Source: Chthonomonadales bacterium (GTDB taxonomy: Bacteria; Armatimonadota; Chthonomonadetes; Chthonomonadales; CAJBBX01). From it: 64,000 nucleotides of DNA. The notes under the pieces were generated by a model. That model was not told the DNA's origin, searched no databases, and saw only the letters and a program-made list of their open reading frames with translations. The stretch covers positions 122,951 to 186,950 of the forward strand of contig JBBIPC010000003.1 in NCBI GenBank assembly GCA_037443035.1, read 5' to 3'. Below, piece after piece: positions 30,913-38,229 of the stretch (position 1 is the stretch's first letter; the number at the start of each line of letters is the position of its first letter). The translations under genes and the position numbers were made by a program.

Positions 30913-31926
30913 CTATCGCGTGATGACCTCTAGCGGGACCAGGAATTCCCGCCCCCGTGGCACAGTGCCGTCTAACACGCCGACCGCCATGAGGACACCG
31001 TAGCGGCCCATGAGATCGGGATGCTGCTCGATGGTGGCTTTCATGTCGCCTGAGTCGAGGTACACACGCACGTCGGGAATGTTGTCATATCCGATGACCA
31101 CGATCTGGCCCCTTCGATTCGCCTCCTCGATGGCCTTCATCGCTCCAAGGGCCATCTTGTCATTGGCACAGAACACTCCCTGAAGATCGGGATTGGCGGC
31201 GAGCATGGACTGGAACTTAGCGTAGCCCTTCTGGGTGTCCCATTCCGCGGTGTCCTTCGCTACTACGTCGAGCGTACCGGCGACGGCCTGCACGAAGCCC
31301 CGTTTCCTGGCCTCGGCGTTATCAGCACCACGAATCCCTTCGAGGATGGCCACCTTGCCATGGCCACCGAGGTAGCCCATCATGGCCTGGCCAGCGAGCC
31401 GCCCGCCTTCCTCGTTATCGGCACCGACGTAACCCCCCAGCGCCAGGCCCGCAGACGTTGCGGCACCTGCATCCACGCGGTTATCCAGGTTGATGACGAG
31501 GATGCCCTTGTCCGCGGCCCGCTTCAATGCCGGCACGATGCCCTTGGAGTCCGCTGGAGCGATCAGTATCGCGTCAACGCCCTTGGCGGTTAGATTCTCG
31601 ACGATGGAGAACTGGTGCTCTTTGTCGGTCTCCTGAGGAGGGGCCTGAACCTCTAGACTTACGCCGAGCTTCTTCGCCTCGTTCTCGGCAGCCTTGATCA
31701 TGGGATCGAAGAACGGGTTATTGCGCGTTTTCACCACCAGGGCCAGACGATAGGGTCTCGAGGCCTTCCTCACTTTCTCCAGATCGGCCGCCGCAAGCTT
31801 CTCCGCCGTCTGCCCAGGAGGCTGCGGGGTCTCCTTGCTGTGCTTCTCAGCCGTGTTGGAGCAGCCCAAAGCCGCACCGATGACGGCAAGCCCCACCATG
31901 AGAACACCTGGACGCTTTCGCATCAT
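30913..31926 (-). CDS. Sugar-binding lipoprotein (RbsB-like, periplasmic binding fold type I)
   Basis: ALG|C lipobox, NPFF, VDAILIAP, ANDKMALGA, ATIEQHP. Confidence 0.92.
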   Translation of the reverse strand: MMRKRPGVLMVGLAVIGAALGCSNTAEKHSKETPQPPGQTAEKLAAADLEKVRKASRPYRLALVVKTRNNPFFDPMIKAAENEAKKLGVSLEVQAPPQETDKEHQFSIVENLTAKGVDAILIAPADSKGIVPALKRAADKGILVINLDNRVDAGAATSAGLALGGYVGADNEEGGRLAGQAMMGYLGGHGKVAILEGIRGADNAEARKRGFVQAVAGTLDVVAKDTAEWDTQKGYAKFQSMLAANPDLQGVFCANDKMALGAMKAIEEANRRGQIVVIGYDNIPDVRVYLDSGDMKATIEQHPDLMGRYGVLMAVGVLDGTVPRGREFLVPLEVITR

Positions 31927-33065
31927 CCCCTCCCCCTTTTCTGTAACTGGTCCACCAGCACCGTCGCAATGATGACGGCCCCGATGATCACTCCTTGTAG
32001 TGTATCCGGTATGCCCACCAGCACGAGACCCGCGTTGAGTACGGCGATGGTAAGCGCACCCACGAGACTCCCGGGCACACTTGCCTGACCGCCACTGAGA
32101 CTAGCACCACCGATAACAACGGCAGCGATGGCGCTCAGCTCGGCGTTCGTTCCGGCACCCGTGTCTGCCAGCCGGAACTTCGCCGTCAGGACGATGGCCG
32201 CAATGGCAGCCGTCAGCCCGCAGATGACATAGGCGAGCGTCTTGTAGAGCCGGACGTTCACACCCGTCAGGCGCGCCGCTTCCTCATTGCCGCCTATGGC
32301 CGTAACGTACCTGCCAGCGCGTGTCTTCGTTAGCACAATCGCGCCGATGACCACTACCGTCAGGGCCACCGCGACCAGAGGCATGCCCTGACCTATCGTA
32401 CCTAGTGCCTCCGGCAGGCCCGATACGCTGTTCCCCTCCGTGGCATAGATCGTCAACCCTCTTGCTGCGGTCAGCACACCTAGCGTCGCGACGAACGGCG
32501 GGACCGCTCCCTTCGTGATGACAATCCCATTGAACATCCCGCAGGCCACACCCACGCCGAGGGCGACCACCACGCCGAGCACCAGCCCGCCAGCAGGCGC
32601 ACTGGACCGTAGAATGAGCAGCCCCAAGAGAACCGTTATGCCCGCTCCAACTCCCGCAGCGATTCCTTGCGACCATCTGCCACCTGTGCCGGTTCGGCCG
32701 ATCACTGTGGCGAGAACGACGCCCGCGGGTGCAGCTGCGAGGTAGGCCAAGAACGGCGGCGGAGTGCCGACCGCCGTCATGCCGAGCGCCACACCACATA
32801 GCGCCATGACCGAGCCCACCGACAGGTCTATACCGCCTGTCATGATGACGAAAGTCATACCAACCGCCGCAATGATGTTCGTGCCAGCCTGTTGCAGGAT
32901 ATTGGGCAAGTAGTCCCGGGTCCAGAACGTGGTGAAGAACTTGGGATGGAAGGAGAATCCGGCGCAGACCAGCGCCAGTCCCAACCATGGTCGCAGTACT
33001 CGCCCGAAACGAGCCGCCAGGCCATGCTCGGAACTTTGGTAGCGTATCGGATCGTCTGATGACAT
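31923..33065 (-). CDS. Monosaccharide ABC permease (RbsC-like)
   Basis: GMTFVIMTGGIDLSVGS, PPFVATLG, AIGGNEEAARLTG, ELSAIAAVVIGGASLSGG. Confidence 0.92.
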   Translation of the reverse strand: MSSDDPIRYQSSEHGLAARFGRVLRPWLGLALVCAGFSFHPKFFTTFWTRDYLPNILQQAGTNIIAAVGMTFVIMTGGIDLSVGSVMALCGVALGMTAVGTPPPFLAYLAAAPAGVVLATVIGRTGTGGRWSQGIAAGVGAGITVLLGLLILRSSAPAGGLVLGVVVALGVGVACGMFNGIVITKGAVPPFVATLGVLTAARGLTIYATEGNSVSGLPEALGTIGQGMPLVAVALTVVVIGAIVLTKTRAGRYVTAIGGNEEAARLTGVNVRLYKTLAYVICGLTAAIAAIVLTAKFRLADTGAGTNAELSAIAAVVIGGASLSGGQASVPGSLVGALTIAVLNAGLVLVGIPDTLQGVIIGAVIIATVLVDQLQKRGRG

Positions 33066-33117
33066 GCGTCTGCAGTATACACGCCGGTATGCGGCTCCTC
33101 GCTCGCTCAGCGCAGCG

Positions 33118-33146
33118 TTGACTCGCTCGGAAGCAGGGGCTATAAT
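33118..33146 (+). promoter_or_regulatory. Near-consensus sigma70 promoter
   Basis: TTGACT-N17-TATAAT. Confidence 0.8.
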
Positions 33147-33350
33147 ACGGCACTGATCGTGCCACCAGGGCGATGGAGGCTGTGTGCCTGGATGGCGAGG
33201 GCAATGATACTGACCTATTCCTATCGGCGCGAGACGGTCGTGGGTAGGAGAGGCGTGCATCAGACGCGAATGTTATGCAAGAACCAGTGAGGCTGGCGAG
33301 GCACGCTTGTCACCTGAACCAGTCAGGTGGCTCTGCCCAGGAGACCGTGG

Positions 33351-35273
33351 ATGTTCTGTAAGTGGTGCGGGCTGGAGAGCGACACCACCGACGTTTGCAG
33401 TTGGTGTGGTCGTCCTTTCGCAACCGCCAACCGTGACGCGACGCAAGAGGCAGCGCAAGGGAAGTCCCCTGCGCCGTCAAGTGCCGCATCCACAAGCGCG
33501 GAAGCCGTGCCAGCGCCGTTTCCGGAGCCCGCCGTTGTCGTGGTCGAACCAAGCGCAGCAGGCCGGGTTCCCTTTGACGAAGACGAGCTGGCAGAGGAGT
33601 TCGGCACGGTACCCTTCGTGGGACCGATGCTTCCGGACGAGCAGGCGCCGCCGAGAATGCCGGTTCGGGAAGCCCCCGCGCGACGCGAACCGCCGCTGCA
33701 AGCGGAGCCACTCGTGCAGCCGCGGCCCGAGCCGTCAGTCCCGCCTAGCCCTGAACCCCAGCGACCGCTGCACTCCGAAGCAATACCCGTGCGGCGCCCA
33801 GGCCCCGCGCCGGACGTCATTCCGGTGGCTCCTCGACCAGTCGCTCAGCCACAAACCCCACCGCCGCAACCAGCCGTTTCCGACCAGGCACCCATACCGG
33901 TCCGGCCGAAGCCAACCGTACCAAGTCCTGCCGTCCCACCAGCGCACGAGCCTCAACAACCCGCGCAACCGCCTCCGCCTCCAATCACTCCCGTTCGGAG
34001 ACCGCCTCTCCAATCGGAGGAACTAGGGCCTGCTCCGACGCGACCGGTACATCCTACGCCAACCGAACCCGAACCCGGCGTACCAACCCTGGATCTGCCG
34101 CCGCTTGTCCAAGACGCCGAGGAAATCGTCCCGGGTGGCCCCGGTCGCATAGACCTCACGGGGGCACCTGCCATCGAGTTGCCACTTCAGCCACCCAGAC
34201 CGAAACCCGGTCCGCTGCCAGCGTTTGCGCGTCCCGTTCCACAGACGACTGTGGAGATCCCCAAGGCCGGCGGTCGCACGTGGTACTGCCGGTGGTGCGG
34301 TATGGAGAGCGAGACACCCGATCGGTGCAGTTGGTGCCGAAAGGACCTGCGCAGTCTCCCTTCAGGTGGTGGGTCCGGCCGAGGACCGGTGATAGCTGGA
34401 ACCAAGCACGCTCCTGTCCGGGTACCGCGTCCTATACAGCCCCAGGCGAAGGACGGGAAGTCGGCGCGGCCTGCCGCAGCTGCTCCGTCTCCAGCAGCGA
34501 CTCCGCAGCCCGCTGCCGCAAGATCGCCGCAGCAAGCACAGCGCCCGGCGCCAGCGGCACCTCCTGCCAGACCAGCGCCCTCTCCAACTGGATCTACAGC
34601 GGCGCAACCGGCGGTGCGGCAGGGCGTTCCCGCCATCGGCACGTTCCAAGCGCAGAAGTCGAAGTACTATCCCGATCAGGTGGTGGATGTTGCCTCAGGC
34701 CATCATTACGACGCCGATACCGGCGAGACCACGGATACTCCCGTGGAAATGGCAGAGGACATTCTCATTGACGAGAGGGCTGCCCTCCTCAGGCAGACAG
34801 GTATCTACCTTGCAGGTCTTGTGGCGGCCATCCTCGTTTTCTCGGCTGCCGCAAGGGTCCTTCCTCAATGGTACCTGGCCTTTGTGGCGGCGCTGAACGT
34901 GGCGGCTGGCATGGCCATGCCGCCATTAGGCGTGGTGCCCTATGGCGAAGATGACTCCAGTGATGTTGGACTGGCGATACCGCTGATCCTCGTTCTCGGC
35001 CCCATTGTTGGAGGTATGGCCTACGGTGTTATCGCCATGATGCGCCAGGACGCCAACCCTGCCATCGTCGGTATCTTCGTCTCGTACCTGCTCATCCGAT
35101 TCCCGCTCCAGCTTGCGGCGGGTACAGGCATCGCGGAATCGCTCCAATCGCTGGTGCCGTTTTCACCGCCGCCTGACGGGAATTGGGGCGCACACCTGGC
35201 GTTGCAGTGGCTACCCTTCGCTACCATGGCGGGGTGGTACATGGCAGCCATCTTCCACAAGCCGAACGAGTAA
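33351..35273 (+). CDS. Pro-rich membrane protein with two CxxC-CxxC zinc-ribbon repeats and a C-terminal multi-TM domain
   Basis: SD AGGAG; FCKWCGLESDTTDVCSWC and YCRWCGMESETPDRCSWC; long P/A/Q linkers; about 5-6 TM segments at the C-terminus. Confidence 0.75.
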   Translation: MFCKWCGLESDTTDVCSWCGRPFATANRDATQEAAQGKSPAPSSAASTSAEAVPAPFPEPAVVVVEPSAAGRVPFDEDELAEEFGTVPFVGPMLPDEQAPPRMPVREAPARREPPLQAEPLVQPRPEPSVPPSPEPQRPLHSEAIPVRRPGPAPDVIPVAPRPVAQPQTPPPQPAVSDQAPIPVRPKPTVPSPAVPPAHEPQQPAQPPPPPITPVRRPPLQSEELGPAPTRPVHPTPTEPEPGVPTLDLPPLVQDAEEIVPGGPGRIDLTGAPAIELPLQPPRPKPGPLPAFARPVPQTTVEIPKAGGRTWYCRWCGMESETPDRCSWCRKDLRSLPSGGGSGRGPVIAGTKHAPVRVPRPIQPQAKDGKSARPAAAAPSPAATPQPAAARSPQQAQRPAPAAPPARPAPSPTGSTAAQPAVRQGVPAIGTFQAQKSKYYPDQVVDVASGHHYDADTGETTDTPVEMAEDILIDERAALLRQTGIYLAGLVAAILVFSAAARVLPQWYLAFVAALNVAAGMAMPPLGVVPYGEDDSSDVGLAIPLILVLGPIVGGMAYGVIAMMRQDANPAIVGIFVSYLLIRFPLQLAAGTGIAESLQSLVPFSPPPDGNWGAHLALQWLPFATMAGWYMAAIFHKPNE

Positions 35274-35335
35274 CCCCCGTTCCAGGGTTATGTCCAGAGG
35301 CCTCCTGCCCGAGGCGTCACCAAGCAGCAGCGGCT

Positions 35336-36088
35336 TTACGGGCGACGGGGTCGTGCGGCCTGCTCGTCTTCGGTTGGCCTGATCACAGCCGTTGCTCCGA
35401 GCTCTCGGAGGCGACTCCGAATAGCATCTGCCTTCCGTTCTGGCACGTTGCGCACAATCGTCAGCGGCAAGTCCTGCATGCGTGCCTTCGCTTCCTTCAG
35501 GTTGCAGACCAAGATGTCCTGTAGCGCCATGGCGACATCGTTCGGCTGGCGTCCCGCCTGAGTAAGGATGACGTCGTAGTTCCGGAGCATGTCCGTCGGC
35601 TCGGCGACGATCTTCGCAGGTTCCGATGGGTCAGTGAGTCGCAGTGTACGGTTGCAGCGGTCGCATGTGAACGTCTTCGCCTTCTGGGATACCTTGTGCA
35701 CCGTCCGGCAACTAGGGCATGTAATCTCGCGGACCGGCACCATCTGCCCGTTCTCGTAGTAGACCGTCCGATGGCACCCCTCGCAGGTCCAGTCCTCTGC
35801 AGGCTCCTCGACAAACTGGTTGGGATGCTGGCAATAGGGACAATAGACGGTCAACGCCGGCACTTTCCGTGCAAGGTACATGCGACGACCAGCCACCGCC
35901 ACGATCACGGCCCCAGCGAGCGCCGTCAGAGCGAAAAATGCCGCTAGTGGCAGCAGACCCGCCAGACGGAGGATCCAGACGAGGATGAGCGAGACGACAA
36001 GAACGATGATCCCCCGGATCAAGAGTGTGGTCGCAGCTTCGAACTCCCTTTCGAGAATGTCTGCACGAGACGCAGGATTCAAAGGCAT
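35336..36088 (-). CDS. 2-TM protein with four CxxC motifs and a ribosomal L7/L12-CTD-like C-terminal domain
   Basis: SD GGAGG; CPYC, CEGC, CPSC, CDRC; YDVILTQAG...NLKEAK...PLTIVRNV...A..IRSRLRELGA. Confidence 0.75.
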   Translation of the reverse strand: MPLNPASRADILEREFEAATTLLIRGIIVLVVSLILVWILRLAGLLPLAAFFALTALAGAVIVAVAGRRMYLARKVPALTVYCPYCQHPNQFVEEPAEDWTCEGCHRTVYYENGQMVPVREITCPSCRTVHKVSQKAKTFTCDRCNRTLRLTDPSEPAKIVAEPTDMLRNYDVILTQAGRQPNDVAMALQDILVCNLKEAKARMQDLPLTIVRNVPERKADAIRSRLRELGATAVIRPTEDEQAARPRRP

Positions 36089-36151
36089 GGCAGCCTCCCG
36101 AGCCAGAGGAATCGTGCGGAGATGCCCACCCCGGCAAGCTCCTTCTCGGTC

Positions 36152-36218
36152 AGTATAACGCTCCGTCCGCCGGGATGTCAACGCAAGCTTGACACGCGGT
36201 GCGAGGTAGTGGCACAAT
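36152..36218. promoter_or_regulatory. Back-to-back divergent sigma70 promoters
   Basis: Minus strand: TTGACA(36181-36176)-N18-TATACT. Plus strand: TTGACA(36189-36194)-N18-CACAAT with extended -10 TG. Confidence 0.7.
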
Positions 36219-36271
36219 AGCAATGAAATGGCAGGACTAGTGTCGGCATGTTCTGCCGATGAGACTTGAAG

Positions 36272-36340
36272 ATGAGTGAGGCTCCGCGAGTATCGGTTGC
36301 AACCACGAGCGGCGGCGTTCTGATGCGCCGCCGACGCTGA
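36272..36340 (+). CDS. Putative thrS leader peptide MSEAPRVSVATTSGGVLMRRRR
   Basis: 22-codon uORF with tandem Thr codons (ACC ACG) directly 5' of the antiterminator strand; SD is weak. Confidence 0.5.
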   Translation: MSEAPRVSVATTSGGVLMRRRR

Positions 36341-36367
36341 ATCGCGTCAGCAGCGACCCAACAAGCA

Positions 36368-36404
36368 GAACGCCGCCTCTGAAGAAGAGGCGGCGTTCGT
36401 TTTG
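36368..36404 (+). terminator. Attenuator terminator upstream of thrS
   Basis: Perfect 13-bp stem GAACGCCGCCTCT/AGAGGCGGCGTTC followed by GTTTTG. Confidence 0.85.
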
Positions 36405-36435
36405 CCAGTGTTACAAGCATTGCTACATCGAGGAG

Positions 36436-38202
36436 ATGACGATGGAAGACGAACGAAAAGACGCATATCATAGTCTGCGCCATTCTGCTGCCCATCTCAT
36501 GGCTCAAGCGGTTGGCGACCTGTTCCCCGGCGTCAAGTACGCCATCGGTCCGCCCATCGAGGACGGTTTCTACTACGACTTCGAGTTCCCATCCCCCATT
36601 GGCGAGGATGACTTACCGCGCATCGAAGCGCGGATGCGGGAGCTGTCTGACGAGGATCTGCCCATAGTCCGCCGGGAAGTGCCCAGAGAGGCGGCGCTGG
36701 AGGAGTGCAGGCGAGCAGGCCAACCCTACAAGGTCGAGTTGATACAGGACCTCCCGGACGAGGAGATCATCTCCTTTTACGACCAGGGGGGGTGGAGCGA
36801 TCTGTGTCGTGGCCCGCATGTACCGTCTACGTCGCACGTCAAGCACTTCAAGCTCCTCAGCATTGCCGGCGCCTACTGGCGCGGAAACGAGAAGAACCCC
36901 ATGCTGACCCGCATCTACGGGACCGCGTGGCATACGCAGGAGGAGCTTGACGCATATCTCCAGCGACTGGAAGAAGCACGGAAGCGAGACCATCGGAAGA
37001 TTGGACGAGATCTGGGGCTCTTCGTCTTCGCGCCGGAAGACGTCGGCCAGGGCATCCCCCTGTTCCTGCCCAAGGGCGAGACGCTCCGGCACATCATGGA
37101 GAACTATGTGCGGGAGACGCAGGCGCGTTACGGGTACCAGCACGTGTGGACGGCTCACCTTGTACGCGAGGACCTCTACCGTAAGAGCGGCCACTACGAC
37201 AACTACGCCGACGTAATGTTCCCGCCCATGGTGGACGAAGATGCGGGGGTAGCCTACCGGTTGAAGCCGATGAACTGTCCGTCTCATATGACGCTCTACA
37301 ACGTCAGCGGGCTCAAGTCTTACAGAGATCTGCCCCTCCGCATGGCCGAGTTCGCAACCCTGTACCGCTACGAAAAGAGTGGCGAGCTCACGGGCCTGAC
37401 GCGCGTCCGGGCCTTGACCCAAGATGACTGCCACATTTTCTGCACCGAGGATCAGGTGGAGGAGGAATTCTCCCTGGCCCTGAGGCTGATCCGGGAGGTC
37501 CTCGGCCGCTATGGGTTTACGAACTACAGCGTTCGGCTCTCTCTGCGTGGCGACGAGCCGGGGGGCAAGTACGTTCAGGACGATGAGAAGTGGACTAGGG
37601 CTACGGCAGCCTTGCGTCGTGCACTGGAAGCGAACAACGTCGAGTACTGGGAGGCGAAAGGCGAGGCGGCGTTCTACGGCCCGAAAGCGGATTTTCAGAC
37701 GAAAGACGTCCTCGGCAGGGAGTGGACGGCCTCCACGATCCAGGTGGATTTCATCCAGCCCGCTCGTCTCGGCTGTCGGTACATTGCGGCGGATGGCTCC
37801 GAGCAGACGCCGGTCGTTCTGCATCGAGCCGTCACGGGTACGACCGAACGCTTCATGGGGCTACTTATCGAGCAGTATGCAGGCGATTTCCCGCTGTGGC
37901 TCGCACCGGTGCAGGTCATGCTCCTTCCCATCGCTGACGCACAAGTACCCTATGCCCGAGAGGTGGAGAACGCGTTACGGAACGCCGGCTTCCGGACGGA
38001 GATGGACGCCCGCTCCGAGCGGGTGGGCCTCAAGATCCGCGAAGCAGAACTCCAGAAGGTTCCCTACATGCTTGTCATGGGCAAGAGAGATGTCGAGGGC
38101 AATACAGTGTCCGTGCGTCGTCGAGGCGAGGGTGATCTCGGCCCCATGAGCCTGGACGCTCTCCTCCAGCGGCTAGTCGCTGAGCGCGAAGCAGGCAGGT
38201 GA
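36436..38202 (+). CDS. thrS: Threonine--tRNA ligase (no N-terminal TGS domain)
   Basis: RHSAAHLMAQAV, DLCRGPH, RDHRKIG, LKPMNCPSH, YRYEKSGEL, AFYGPK, PLWLAPVQV; the start may be ATG 36442. Confidence 0.97.
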   Translation: MTMEDERKDAYHSLRHSAAHLMAQAVGDLFPGVKYAIGPPIEDGFYYDFEFPSPIGEDDLPRIEARMRELSDEDLPIVRREVPREAALEECRRAGQPYKVELIQDLPDEEIISFYDQGGWSDLCRGPHVPSTSHVKHFKLLSIAGAYWRGNEKNPMLTRIYGTAWHTQEELDAYLQRLEEARKRDHRKIGRDLGLFVFAPEDVGQGIPLFLPKGETLRHIMENYVRETQARYGYQHVWTAHLVREDLYRKSGHYDNYADVMFPPMVDEDAGVAYRLKPMNCPSHMTLYNVSGLKSYRDLPLRMAEFATLYRYEKSGELTGLTRVRALTQDDCHIFCTEDQVEEEFSLALRLIREVLGRYGFTNYSVRLSLRGDEPGGKYVQDDEKWTRATAALRRALEANNVEYWEAKGEAAFYGPKADFQTKDVLGREWTASTIQVDFIQPARLGCRYIAADGSEQTPVVLHRAVTGTTERFMGLLIEQYAGDFPLWLAPVQVMLLPIADAQVPYAREVENALRNAGFRTEMDARSERVGLKIREAELQKVPYMLVMGKRDVEGNTVSVRRRGEGDLGPMSLDALLQRLVAEREAGR

Positions 38203-38229
38203 CATACCGCAGCGACGGCTACGGAAACA

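Noticed and set aside
33169..33331. Fluoride riboswitch (GGCGATGG) or SRP RNA (GAACCAGTCAGG) look-alikes
   Set aside because: Required downstream elements (TTCGCC pairing and pseudoknot; CCGGAAGGAAGCAGC) are absent
36220..36400. T-box riboswitch upstream of thrS
   Set aside because: No GGTGGNACC bulge motif (only GGTTGCAACC) and no AGTA/AG-box/GNTG stem-I signatures
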